Source: a virus
Reading direction: 5' to 3' (one strand)
Virus record (IMG/VR): IMGVR_UViG_3300003937_000247
Length of the DNA: 64,000 nt
Each line of letters begins with the position of its first letter. Positions within the stretch are counted from its first letter, which is position 1. This document shows, one piece after another, positions 37,878 to 47,812 of this stretch. The notes beneath the pieces are model-generated. The model made no database searches, was not told the origin of the DNA, and was given only the letters and a program-made list of their open reading frames with translations. Position numbers and translations under genes: made by a program.

Positions 37878-38476
37878 ATAGTTATGAAGCATATACATTA
37901 TATTTAGCCATTAAACTTCACTTTACTTCTGATTCTTATGATTTCTACAAACACAATGCTAAAGTCAATTCATCATTTAATACATTTTTGAAACGCAATG
38001 ATAGATTCTTTTTTCACAAACTTACAACTAAATACAATAAGGAAGAGATGTTAGATTATTTTGTATGTAATTTCTTTCACAATTCAAAGACTTGGATTGG
38101 AGATTTAGTTAGAGCAGATGGAGAAACTATTTACAATAAATGGAAAAAGTATAATCAATCATTTACGTACAATTTTAGAGGCGATTGTGTACTTCTTTCT
38201 AATACTATCAATGATGGTAGTATTCAGTTTGATGATCTGTTTAGTGTTTCTAAAGGTCAGCATCCAAAATTGCTACGACTATTTCTATCACAAAAAATAT
38301 CAATCCAAACGTTAATCATACTAGATAAAGTTTTATCCTTTATTAAAAAATGGGATAAGGAGATTGCTGAGAATATTATCTGGCCTGAAAAATCATTTAA
38401 AGTCAAAAAACTACAACCATTTATAAACTTCAATTTAACAAAGTGTAAATTTATTATGAAAGAGATTTTTGTATGA
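37874..38476 (+). CDS. g59: helicase loader gp59
   Basis: YLAIKLHF.SDSYDFYK...KRNDRFFFHKL...HPKLL. Confidence 0.92.
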   Translation: MNSYEAYTLYLAIKLHFTSDSYDFYKHNAKVNSSFNTFLKRNDRFFFHKLTTKYNKEEMLDYFVCNFFHNSKTWIGDLVRADGETIYNKWKKYNQSFTYNFRGDCVLLSNTINDGSIQFDDLFSVSKGQHPKLLRLFLSQKISIQTLIILDKVLSFIKKWDKEIAENIIWPEKSFKVKKLQPFINFNLTKCKFIMKEIFV

Positions 38477-38626
38477 GTGAAAAGAAACTTACAGAAAAAG
38501 AAGTTAGAAAAGAATATAAAGACCACAGAAAAGATAAAGCATTTGCACAATGTTGGCCTGATACAAATCGTGCCTTCTATGAATGGTGCTCAGGTTATTT
38601 AAATTATAAACACATAAAAGAAAAAG

Positions 38627-38992
38627 ATGTCAGATAGATTCCCTACAGCAGAAGAAAGAGCATTTGGTAAAATCAAAGAGAAGATTGACCCTATTGAAGA
38701 AAAACTAGATGAGAAGATTGCTAAACTAAACAGCAGCCGTGTATATAAAAAGGTTACACCAAAAGGTGACCTGTCTTGGTATGTAAAATGGGTATCAGTT
38801 TTTCTTATACTGTTTGCAACTATGGCCAGAAGTGTAGGTACAATACCACAGTATGATATGTGGTTAGGTTTGTTTGGTACAGCAGGTTGGGCATACGTAG
38901 GATTCTTATGGCACGATAGAGCATTATTATTTTTGAATGCAATATTGGTATCTTTATTATTATTAGGATTGACGAATTATTATTTTTTATGA
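38627..38992 (+). CDS. small membrane protein (DUF6552-like)
   Basis: SWYVKW...GWAYVGFLWHDRALLFLN. Confidence 0.65.
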   Translation: MSDRFPTAEERAFGKIKEKIDPIEEKLDEKIAKLNSSRVYKKVTPKGDLSWYVKWVSVFLILFATMARSVGTIPQYDMWLGLFGTAGWAYVGFLWHDRALLFLNAILVSLLLLGLTNYYFL

Positions 38993-39828
38993 TTAGAACA
39001 TTTTTAATTGGTAATGGTGAGAGTCGTAAAGACTTTGATTTAAATGTATTGAAACCTTATGGCAAGATATATGGTTGTAATGCCATTTATAGAGACCATC
39101 CTGACCTATGTGACGCATTGATAGCTGTTGACGCTGGTATGATACACGAATTATATCATAATGGTATGTGTGCTGATGTGCCTTGCTATTTTAGAGAATG
39201 GACCAAAGTACCTATTCATATGTATGATACAATGTTACAAAGTATGCTACAAACACAAAACAAAGAACAGGCTGATTTGGTTGTAGAGAACGAAAGAGGT
39301 GAGAGCGACCACTTTGTTATGAACGCTCATACTATTAAAGGTCCTGTTGTCATACGAAAAGCAAATGATGATAGAGAGAAAAAAAATATAGACAATGCTC
39401 ACATATATGTGTCTTGGATAAAAGAACCAGACAAGTCACACAATATATCTGAATGTTGTTTTGGCGCTGAAGATTTAGGTTGGTGTGCAGGTACTACAAG
39501 TGGGTATGTTGCTAGTCTAGTTGAAGCACCAGATGAAATGTATCTAATAGGACAAGACCTTATATCAGATACAAAGACAGTTAACAATCTATACAAATCT
39601 ACAAGGTATTATGTATCAGAACATTTTGAGCCCAATCCGTCAGGTATATGGGAAACAGAATGGCTCACACTTATGCAGAACAACCCTAACGTTAAGTTTT
39701 ACAAAGTGAATAAGGCATTTGATGATAAACCTACTAATCAAAAAGTAGAGAGATTCGCAGTACAGGAAGACAAGAATTTAGAGTATATCACCCAAGCACA
39801 GCTGCTTGACAAAATGAGTAAATGGTGA
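38989..39828 (+). CDS. conserved hypothetical protein (GNGESR family)
   Basis: IGNGESR, YGCNAIYRD, YLIGQDL...NNLYK. Confidence 0.55.
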   Translation: MIRTFLIGNGESRKDFDLNVLKPYGKIYGCNAIYRDHPDLCDALIAVDAGMIHELYHNGMCADVPCYFREWTKVPIHMYDTMLQSMLQTQNKEQADLVVENERGESDHFVMNAHTIKGPVVIRKANDDREKKNIDNAHIYVSWIKEPDKSHNISECCFGAEDLGWCAGTTSGYVASLVEAPDEMYLIGQDLISDTKTVNNLYKSTRYYVSEHFEPNPSGIWETEWLTLMQNNPNVKFYKVNKAFDDKPTNQKVERFAVQEDKNLEYITQAQLLDKMSKW

Positions 39829-39906
39829 TATTATATAATAATAATAGAATTTTATCTTAATTATGAGATAAAAAAAAGGGTTAATAGTATAACAAAAGTA
39901 TAAATA
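39806..39906 (+). promoter_or_regulatory. early (TTGACA-N17-TATTAT, 39806-39834) and late (TATAAATA, 39899-39906) promoters of g32
   Basis: Direct motif matches. Confidence 0.8.
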
Positions 39907-39966
39907 ATAACATACTTACATTAATACAATTAATACGTACAACAATATATACAAGGAGAAAATACA

Positions 39967-40869
39967 ATGTCAAGTGCATTAGAAGCCCTAAAAAAGTCAA
40001 AGTCCAATTTTGACTCTCTAACAAAACAGTTAGAAAAAACAATAGATCAACCCGATAGAAAAAACAAATACCAAGACGACAGGTTATGGAAACCTGAACT
40101 TGATAAATCAGGTAATGGTTACGCTGTAATCAGATTTTTACCTGCAATAGAAGGTGAAGATATGCCATGGCAACGAGTCTGGCACCACGCTTTCCAAGGA
40201 CCAGGTGGTCAATGGTACATTGAAAACTCATTAACAACTTTAAACAAAAAGGATCCTGTTAGTGAAGAAAATACTAGGTTGTGGAATACAGGCATAGAAG
40301 CCGATAAAGAAATTGCTAGAAAAAGAAAAAGAAAGTTACAATACTATTCTAATATTTTTGTAGTAAGTGATCCTAAACATCCTGAAAATGATGGTAAAAT
40401 ATTCTTATACAAATTTGGTAAAAAGATTTTTGATAAGATTACTGAAGCAATGAACCCAGCATTTGAAGATGAAAAGGCCACAAACCCATTTGATTTTTGG
40501 GAAGGTGCAAACTTTAAACTAAAAATCAGAAAAGTTGATGGCTATTGGAATTATGATAAATCCGAATTTGAGCCAATTAGTAAATTGAAAAATACTGATG
40601 ATGAGATTGACAAAGTATGGAAATCTCAACACGCTCTAAAGCCCTTCGTTGATCCTAGTAATTTTAAATCTTATGAGGAACTCAAAGAGAAACTGAATAA
40701 GACGCTTACTGGACAAAGAAGTACCGAGTCTGTGGAAGATATTGACCTCCCACCTGTCACAAACGACATACCAACGTCTTCTAACAACTCGGTAGAGAAA
40801 GTTGGAACTACGTCCAACGGTAGCGATGACCTATCGTATTTTAGTAAATTAGCTGAGGACGATTCCTAA
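39967..40869 (+). CDS. g32: single-stranded DNA-binding protein gp32
   Basis: DDRLWKPELDKSGNGYAVIRFLPA, WYIENSLTT, FGKKIFDKI, acidic tail YFSKLAEDD. Confidence 0.97.
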   Translation: MSSALEALKKSKSNFDSLTKQLEKTIDQPDRKNKYQDDRLWKPELDKSGNGYAVIRFLPAIEGEDMPWQRVWHHAFQGPGGQWYIENSLTTLNKKDPVSEENTRLWNTGIEADKEIARKRKRKLQYYSNIFVVSDPKHPENDGKIFLYKFGKKIFDKITEAMNPAFEDEKATNPFDFWEGANFKLKIRKVDGYWNYDKSEFEPISKLKNTDDEIDKVWKSQHALKPFVDPSNFKSYEELKEKLNKTLTGQRSTESVEDIDLPPVTNDIPTSSNNSVEKVGTTSNGSDDLSYFSKLAEDDS

Positions 40870-40892
40870 TCTATCTCTCTCACTTTCTCAAT

Positions 40893-40914
40893 TGGGTAGC
40901 CTTCGGGCTACCCA
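40893..40914 (+). terminator. C(UUCG)G hairpin after g32
   Basis: TGGGTAGCC-TTCG-GGCTACCCA. Confidence 0.75.
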
Positions 40915-40929
40915 TAATACTTCTCTAAT

Positions 40930-41565
40930 ATGTTACCAATAAAAATAGACAGACCTAAAGATTACTTTAAAAATAATATCCATAAGATAGTTTCGGATTA
41001 TCATAATAAGATTATGACTAATATTACTGAAACTCAAAATAAAATGGATAGTTTCATCAATGAACACCATTTAGTTTATGAACTTTTTTACGATAAAAAG
41101 GAATTAAAACTAATGGAGAAATATCACAATAGAGCAAGAATATTAAGTACAAACGCAGGACGAATATTTGACACAGCAGTTAAATTTATTATAACAGACG
41201 TTGAAGGTGGTAAAAGTGAATACATTAATAACCCTAACCAACACCCTTCCAGATTTGAAATTGATGTTATCAACCACGATAAAAAAATAGCATATGAAAT
41301 CAAATGGCGTGACGCAGGCACAGATGGCGACCATACAAATAAAGAGTTTAGAAAAGTAGATTTACTTGTTGAACAAGGTTATACACCTATTAGATTAACA
41401 TTTTTTATGCCAGAGCTAGAACGTTCATTAAAATCTCAAACACAAATTATAAACTATTATGGAAAGTATGGTAAAACCTATACACAAGATAAAGCATTTG
41501 AATATATAAATCAAATGGCAGATATAGATTTACTACAAATATTAAAAGATTTTAAAACGTTTTAA
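40930..41565 (+). CDS. ApaLI-family restriction endonuclease-like protein
   Basis: FEID...AYEIKWRDAGTDGDH..KE......GY.PIRL.FF.P matches the RE_ApaLI signature as recalled. Confidence 0.75.
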   Translation: MLPIKIDRPKDYFKNNIHKIVSDYHNKIMTNITETQNKMDSFINEHHLVYELFYDKKELKLMEKYHNRARILSTNAGRIFDTAVKFIITDVEGGKSEYINNPNQHPSRFEIDVINHDKKIAYEIKWRDAGTDGDHTNKEFRKVDLLVEQGYTPIRLTFFMPELERSLKSQTQIINYYGKYGKTYTQDKAFEYINQMADIDLLQILKDFKTF

Positions 41566-42034
41566 GATGGTCTTCGGTTAGTATAATAAAATTCATATCA
41601 CGTTTTGTACACCAAGCAGCCGCCGTTGACCACTTTCTCATATTTCTCTCAAAAGTCAATAACGCATTTTTATAAACCCTACTTTCACGTAGAGGTTTTT
41701 TAGGTTTACGTGTCTGTTTTTTAGGTTTGATTTCAACAACATATTTTTTAAGTGACTTATTTGCTAGTCTTACTTTCATATAGAAATCAGGATAGTATCT
41801 ATGAGGCTTATTATCAATTGAGCGATACCAAATAACAATTTCTTCACTACCCCATTCTACCACATCTTTGTTCTTATCACAATAGAGCATAAACCTTTTC
41901 TCCCAACTAGACCTATAAATAATGTTGTTAACATTGCCTTTGTACTTTTTTATGTTCAATGGTTTGAATATACCTGTATAGGGACGTTTATCTATATTCT
42001 TCAATTTCTTCATAAATCTATTTATTAACAACAT
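41552..42034 (-). CDS. g4: head completion nuclease gp4
   Basis: KYKGN..NIIYRSSWE..FM.YCD, WGSEE, HRYYPDF, EIKP..QT, ILTEDHL. Confidence 0.93.
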   Translation of the reverse strand: MLLINRFMKKLKNIDKRPYTGIFKPLNIKKYKGNVNNIIYRSSWEKRFMLYCDKNKDVVEWGSEEIVIWYRSIDNKPHRYYPDFYMKVRLANKSLKKYVVEIKPKKQTRKPKKPLRESRVYKNALLTFERNMRKWSTAAAWCTKRDMNFIILTEDHLKTF

Positions 42035-42044
42035 AAATAGTAGT

Positions 42045-42599
42045 ATGGCAAGTGTATTTGACAGAATTAAACTAAAAGCAGGAGATAGTGATAGGTCTGC
42101 TACTTGGTATAGACAACAAGTAAATAAGATAGCAAGTGGTACTACTGCTAGACAACTGTTTAGAGCAGGTAGACTTAACGGAAGACCTAGTATAGGAAGA
42201 CTAAATTTATTTGGTTATAATCCTAAAGGGAGAGCAACACTACCCTACTATGACATATTTCCTTTAGTGTTGCCATTAGAGCCAATACCAGCTGGGTTTA
42301 TGGGTATGAACTTTCATTATTTACCACCGTTGTTAAGATTTAGGTTGTTAGAGAAAATGCAAGCAACAGCGTCTGACCAACGATTTAATAAAAACACAAG
42401 ATTTGAAGTGGCTTATGATGATGTAAAAAGTATAAAAATGGTTAAACCAACAATTAAGAAATATCTGTGGTCACATTTACAAACAGGATTTTTAAGAATT
42501 AATGTTGATGAGGCTGCAATAGCAATAATGTTGCCTGTACAAAGATTTAAAAAGGCAAGTGTGGGACAAGTTTATTCAGATAGTAGGAGATTTATTTAA
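42045..42599 (+). CDS. g2: DNA end protector gp2
   Basis: Y.PK....LPYYD.FPLV, GMNFHYLPP..R. Confidence 0.92.
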   Translation: MASVFDRIKLKAGDSDRSATWYRQQVNKIASGTTARQLFRAGRLNGRPSIGRLNLFGYNPKGRATLPYYDIFPLVLPLEPIPAGFMGMNFHYLPPLLRFRLLEKMQATASDQRFNKNTRFEVAYDDVKSIKMVKPTIKKYLWSHLQTGFLRINVDEAAIAIMLPVQRFKKASVGQVYSDSRRFI

Positions 42600-43696
42600 T
42601 GTCAATTATTAGTGTAGGTAAAAGAATAGGTGATATGGATATCAGATTAGGTATCCCACCATCAAAGCCACATTTTGGCGTTTCAGATATCAACAAAAGA
42701 ATATCATACAATAACGTTACATCTAATTACAATTCACAATATAACATATTCAGGTCAGGTATAACATCAGCAGGTGGGTTTGCAAGACCTTCACAATTCC
42801 TTTGTACGATTGATGGACCTCCAGTTAGATTACAACGTGGCATTTCTATTTATCCTGACTTTAATAGTAAAAAACAAGATATCCGTATGGACAAGAGTGC
42901 GGCATTAGCTAATGCAATTAAAAAGAATTTACAATTAAGAATGGACCTATTTTGCTCAAACGTAAGTTTACCATCCAGAACAATTACAGATGATGTAAAC
43001 GAAACATACTATGGTCCTAAAAGAGCTCACGCAAAGAATGTTCAATATGAAGAAGTAACATTAGAGTTTTATACGAGTATAAACTATGACGAAAGATTAT
43101 ATTTTGAGGCATGGCAAAACTGTATAATTGATCCTATTAGCCATAACGTAGGTTACTATGATGATTATGCTGAACCTTGTATGATTACTATAACACCATT
43201 AACAAAAACATTTACAGCAGCCCTAGCTAATTTTCAACCGACTGGCAACCCTACTGAAGATAGACAGCAAATAAGAAAAAGTTTAGGTAATACTTCTGGT
43301 TACTCATCTTATCAAGTGCAAATGTATGAGGTATGGCCTAAAACTATTGCTGCTACACCATTATCATATGATTCTCAAAATGCAATAATTAAAACAAGTG
43401 TTACATTTACATACAGAAACTTTGCTACAACAGCATGGAATTGGATGGCAGATAGAGCCGCACCAATGAATAGAGAAAAGAAAAAAAATAGGCAAGAATA
43501 TAGAAATAACACTACAGCCATACAGGCTAGTTTTTTAGATAATTTACCATTTGGTATTGGTAATGAAATTGGTAGAGTAGGCAGAGAGGTCTATGAAAAA
43601 ATAAAAAGAAATTTGCCTATAGGGCGAGTAACAGGAGGACGAGTATTTCCTAAGGGTTTACCAGATCCTAAAATTATACGAGATATACTATATTAA
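42599..43696 (+). CDS. g54: baseplate-tail tube initiator (gp54-like)
   Basis: GGFARPSQF, CSNVSLP, FEAWQ, YYDDY, EVWPK.I....LSY, VTFTYR. Confidence 0.75.
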   Translation: MSIISVGKRIGDMDIRLGIPPSKPHFGVSDINKRISYNNVTSNYNSQYNIFRSGITSAGGFARPSQFLCTIDGPPVRLQRGISIYPDFNSKKQDIRMDKSAALANAIKKNLQLRMDLFCSNVSLPSRTITDDVNETYYGPKRAHAKNVQYEEVTLEFYTSINYDERLYFEAWQNCIIDPISHNVGYYDDYAEPCMITITPLTKTFTAALANFQPTGNPTEDRQQIRKSLGNTSGYSSYQVQMYEVWPKTIAATPLSYDSQNAIIKTSVTFTYRNFATTAWNWMADRAAPMNREKKKNRQEYRNNTTAIQASFLDNLPFGIGNEIGRVGREVYEKIKRNLPIGRVTGGRVFPKGLPDPKIIRDILY

Positions 43697-43715
43697 TATT
43701 TAAAGGAGTGAAACA

Positions 43716-44435
43716 ATGAGTTTACCATTAATGAATACACCAGAATATGAATTGACTTTATCAAGGAATATAAAGGTGAAATTTAGACCGTTTTTAGTAA
43801 AAGAAGAAAAGATTTTACTAATGGCGATAGAGAACAACAACGAAGAGGAGATGATCAATATATTAATTCAAACTGTACAAACTTGTATGGTGACTAAAGA
43901 TATTGATGTTACAAAATTACCAGTTTATGATTTTGAATGGTTATGGTTAAACATAAGGTCAAAATCAATTGGTGAGGTTATAGATTTAAAACTGAAATGT
44001 CCAGATGATGAAACACAAGTGGTTGATTATAATTTTAACATTGACCAAGTTAAACCAGATTTTAATAAAGAAGTGGAAACTAATATAAAGTTTTCAGAAA
44101 ATTATGGTGTAATTATGAAAGTGCCAACTGTTAAAGAAGTAGCAAATAAGAAAACCATAATGGATTTAACAGTTAATTTGATGAAGGAGTGTATTGCACA
44201 GATTTATAACGGAGAGGAGATATTTGAAGTTAAGGATATTGAACCAAAGGAACTAGACGAATTTATAGATAATTTGACAATGCCTCAATTTAAAAAGATA
44301 AGAGCATATTTTGAGGAGTTGCCAATCATATCTCATACAATTAAGTATAAGAATCCTAAATCTGGTGCTGAACACGAAATGTTGTTACAAGGTGCGGCTG
44401 ATTTTTTTCAGTTACCCTCTTACACGAAAGCCTAG
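43716..44435 (+). CDS. g26: baseplate hub assembly protein gp26
   Basis: MSLP...P.YEL, FRPFLVKEEKILLMA, IRSKSIGE, G..DFF. Confidence 0.92.
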   Translation: MSLPLMNTPEYELTLSRNIKVKFRPFLVKEEKILLMAIENNNEEEMINILIQTVQTCMVTKDIDVTKLPVYDFEWLWLNIRSKSIGEVIDLKLKCPDDETQVVDYNFNIDQVKPDFNKEVETNIKFSENYGVIMKVPTVKEVANKKTIMDLTVNLMKECIAQIYNGEEIFEVKDIEPKELDEFIDNLTMPQFKKIRAYFEELPIISHTIKYKNPKSGAEHEMLLQGAADFFQLPSYTKA

Positions 44436-44599
44436 AGAGTTTTTATAGGACGAATTTTGCTTTAATGCAATACCATAAATACTCATTGAACGATTTAGAG
44501 TCAATGCTACCGTATGAGAGGGAGATATATGTAGATTTACTGATACAGCACATTAGAGAAGAAAACGAAAAGTTAAGAGAGAAACAAAGGGGAAATTAA
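44408..44599 (+). CDS. g51: baseplate hub assembly catalyst gp51 (-1 frame relative to g26; first ATG 44465)
   Basis: HESLESFYRTNFALMQYHKYSLNDLESMLPYEREIYVDLL. Confidence 0.85.
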   Translation, partial: SVTLLHESLESFYRTNFALMQYHKYSLNDLESMLPYEREIYVDLLIQHIREENEKLREKQRGN

Positions 44600-44600
44600 A

Positions 44601-44915
44601 ATGTTAGAAGGAACTATAACAAAAGCAAAGAAAACAGGAATAGATACCATTAAGTTGGTGTGGGAATTCTTTACAGATGAAATACCACACGTGCTATCTA
44701 ATTGGAGATTTGTTCCAAGAGCAATGATGTTATTATATTGTTATGCTTTCTATAGTACTATGAACTGGTTTATGGCATTACCTGAACCTAACAACGCACA
44801 GGCTGGTTTTGTATCAGTAGTTGTTGGTGCTGGCGCTGCCTGGTTTGGTTTATATGTTAATAGTGGTGGAGTTAATAAGAAACCAGAGAAGAAAAAAGAT
44901 ACAACAATAGGTTAA
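44601..44915 (+). CDS. small two-TM membrane protein
   Basis: WRFVPR...WFMALPEP..AQAGFVSVVVGAGAAWFGLY. Confidence 0.65.
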   Translation: MLEGTITKAKKTGIDTIKLVWEFFTDEIPHVLSNWRFVPRAMMLLYCYAFYSTMNWFMALPEPNNAQAGFVSVVVGAGAAWFGLYVNSGGVNKKPEKKKDTTIG

Positions 44916-44920
44916 GTTAA

Positions 44921-46693
44921 ATGGCAGTTAAATCAGCAATCTTTAAAAAAGGAACAGCAGATAATTTTAATAAGATTCTTAAAAAGCAAAAACTGGAAGA
45001 GTCCGATCCGAAGTTTGCCATATCTGATTCTTTACAAGAATACCAGCAACAATTAGAAAAGTCAGCTGGTTATCAGAACCAAGTCAAGCTTGATAAGGCG
45101 AATATTAGACAAGATGTAATTAATTTTGTTATTGATTATACTGTTGGCGACCTTGACCAATTAAAAGGTATGGACTTTGATGAAGCCAAAACACAACAAA
45201 AGGTTACAGAAAAGACCATTAAAGAGTATGAAGGTTTACATAAAAAAGGTGTATTAAATGATGAAGAAATTGTTTACATAAAAGAAACTGTTGGTAGAAC
45301 AAATGCTGAATTAAAAAAGGTGTTAGGTCTTTCAACCAGATTATCATTATCATTTAGAGATTTCAAAAAAGAATTAAAACCACTTAAATTAGCACAACGA
45401 TTTGGTATGACAAGAATACCAATACTTGGTAAGAAAATAGAAAGAGCAATTGAAGCAGACGAAAGAGCTGAATCTAAAGCCTTAGGAATGAAAAGGCAAT
45501 TGCGTAGAAAAGGACAAAAGGCCGAGTTTAAATCAGGTGGATTTAATCAGGCTGATTTAGCGTCTCCAAAATCATCAGGTGGTAGAGAAGATTTGGCTGG
45601 AAGAGCAGCCACTTCAGGCATATTAGGTATGGGTGCAAAGAGTACTGGAGATCCAGAAAAAGATGTTGAAGAAGAACGAGAGTCAGATAAACAATTTGAT
45701 ACATCATCTGGCCTATTAGAAAGAATACTTGAGGAGAGTGAATTAACAAATGAATTACTAGGGGCAGAGAAAAAACAAGGTAAAAGCTTTTTACAAAAAA
45801 TGGCAACATTGGCATTGGCTATAGGAGGAATAGGTGCGGCCATAGGTTTAGCAATGACGCCATTGCTTGCGCCATTGGCGACAATGGGAGCATCCATTGC
45901 CAATTCGGTGAGAAGTGCGCTTGGGTTCCCTAAAACAAATGTAAAAGGTGGGAATGTAAAAGGTGGGGCAACCAATGCTCATATGCGAAGTAAGACCAAG
46001 ACATTTAAAAAACCTGTCAAACCACCACTTCTTTTAACCGACCAGAGTAAGAAAAACTTAAAGATAAAAGATTCAAAAGTAGCTAACGTAAAAAACACCA
46101 AGGTAGTAGCTAATGCCGCTAAAAAAGGAAGTGCCCTTGCCAAGTCAGCCAAGTTTGCTGGAAATGCAGTTAGAGTAGGTGGTAAATGGTTATGGCCAGT
46201 TGCAGCTGTTATGGGAGCATTTGACGCTGCTAGTGGTTATGCAAATGCAGGTGAAATATTAGGTAAAGAAGAAGGTGACGAGGTAACTACAAGAGATAAA
46301 GCATCAGCAAGTTTTGCTTCATTCTTATCTGGTGTAACAATAGGTCTTATAAACCAAGAGAAAACTGCTAAATGGTTTGCTGGTAAAGACCACCTGAATC
46401 AGGATCAAATAGAATTAACTCAATCACATTCAAGGGCGAACTTGTACAACAAGGCATGGAATCATCCAATGGCTAAAAATGACAAATCTAAATTGGCAAA
46501 AGTAGAGGAGATGAAATTAGATAACGTTGAGAAATTAGATATTATATACAACGGCAGTAAATTGCCATTCAATGTAAACAATCAAAACAACATAGACAAC
46601 ACAAGTAAAACAACAATAATTGATAATAAAACTACATCAATCAAATCAGAAAATCCAGATGGGCTGGTATCTGAATTTAGTCAAATAAAGTAG
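44921..46693 (+). CDS. tail length determinant/baseplate hub (gp29-like)
   Basis: Long helical protein with a hydrophobic Ala/Gly segment, located between g51 and g48. Confidence 0.6.
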   Translation: MAVKSAIFKKGTADNFNKILKKQKLEESDPKFAISDSLQEYQQQLEKSAGYQNQVKLDKANIRQDVINFVIDYTVGDLDQLKGMDFDEAKTQQKVTEKTIKEYEGLHKKGVLNDEEIVYIKETVGRTNAELKKVLGLSTRLSLSFRDFKKELKPLKLAQRFGMTRIPILGKKIERAIEADERAESKALGMKRQLRRKGQKAEFKSGGFNQADLASPKSSGGREDLAGRAATSGILGMGAKSTGDPEKDVEEERESDKQFDTSSGLLERILEESELTNELLGAEKKQGKSFLQKMATLALAIGGIGAAIGLAMTPLLAPLATMGASIANSVRSALGFPKTNVKGGNVKGGATNAHMRSKTKTFKKPVKPPLLLTDQSKKNLKIKDSKVANVKNTKVVANAAKKGSALAKSAKFAGNAVRVGGKWLWPVAAVMGAFDAASGYANAGEILGKEEGDEVTTRDKASASFASFLSGVTIGLINQEKTAKWFAGKDHLNQDQIELTQSHSRANLYNKAWNHPMAKNDKSKLAKVEEMKLDNVEKLDIIYNGSKLPFNVNNQNNIDNTSKTTIIDNKTTSIKSENPDGLVSEFSQIK

Positions 46694-46711
46694 GATTAAC
46701 TAAATAGTATT

Positions 46712-47812
46712 ATGGGATTTCAACCTTTCAAAGCATTAAAAACAATAATAAATGGACTGAAACAACCTTCGTCTGTTTTACAAGGACCTACTATAGGTGG
46801 ATGGAATAAAAAGACAATAGCACCAAATAAAAGAGGTATTATTCATTACAACCCTACTGATATGGACTATTCAGGCCATGTGCATTCAGGATCTGATAAG
46901 TTTTATGTTTATCCATTAGACCACAAAGACCAAGAGCATTACATTTTATTTGATATCATAGAGCGTATACCAGATAAATCAGGAGTTGAATTTAACGTGG
47001 TTCAAGGTGCAGGTCATTCAAAACACCAAGACAATTTAAGCAAGGTTGTATATGGTACAAATAGATTTTTTTCTGAAGGTACAGGTAATCTTATATGGGG
47101 GATGCCTACAGGTAAAGGCAATCATAGAGTTGTAAAACATACAATTGCAGTCTATATGCCACAAACACTTAAATTTAATATGCAGGCAGACTATGGCGCT
47201 GAAGAAGTAGGTTTTGCTATAGGTGCGTTTGCAAAACTAAAAGACGCCCTTGCTGGCGATAAATTTTGGGGCGAGGATATAAAGTCTATAGCTGTAGCGT
47301 CACAAGGGTTAGTAGCAAATATTGCCTCCTTTGCAAGTGGTGGATTACTGGCAGGTGCTGGAGCGGCCTTGCAACGTAGAACTGGTATTGCACCAGCAGC
47401 TATGACAGAAATGGTATTTAATGGTATAGATTACCGAACATTTAGTTTCACATTTAAATTTACACCTAGAAGCAAAAAAGAATCCGATGTTGTAAATAGT
47501 ATGCTACACACTATAAAAGACGCCATGTTACCTATGAAATTTGGCAAAGGTCCATCTGTTGCAGCCTATCGTGTACCACACGAATTTGTAATTAGATTTA
47601 TGAAAGGCACTAATATTAACCCATACATAGACCAAATCGGATTGTGTGCTTGTACAGGTGTTGATATAGATTATGGTAGTGATAAGTTTTCAACACACGT
47701 TGCTGGTGATCCTGTGTCAATAGACGCAACACTAACTTTTAAAGAATTAGAACTAATGGAAAGAAGTAGATATAACCAATTAAGACAAAGTGCTTCTGAA
47801 AGTAGAACATAA
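46712..47812 (+). CDS. g48: baseplate tail tube cap gp48
   Basis: IAVYMPQ, F.GIDYRTFSFTFKFTPRSKKES, LTFKELE. Confidence 0.85.
   Translation: MGFQPFKALKTIINGLKQPSSVLQGPTIGGWNKKTIAPNKRGIIHYNPTDMDYSGHVHSGSDKFYVYPLDHKDQEHYILFDIIERIPDKSGVEFNVVQGAGHSKHQDNLSKVVYGTNRFFSEGTGNLIWGMPTGKGNHRVVKHTIAVYMPQTLKFNMQADYGAEEVGFAIGAFAKLKDALAGDKFWGEDIKSIAVASQGLVANIASFASGGLLAGAGAALQRRTGIAPAAMTEMVFNGIDYRTFSFTFKFTPRSKKESDVVNSMLHTIKDAMLPMKFGKGPSVAAYRVPHEFVIRFMKGTNINPYIDQIGLCACTGVDIDYGSDKFSTHVAGDPVSIDATLTFKELELMERSRYNQLRQSASESRT

Noticed and set aside
41552-42034. TnsA-like nuclease suggesting a transposon
   Set aside because: Sequence and synteny (divergent from g2) identify it as T4 head completion protein gp4; there are no transposase or terminal repeats.
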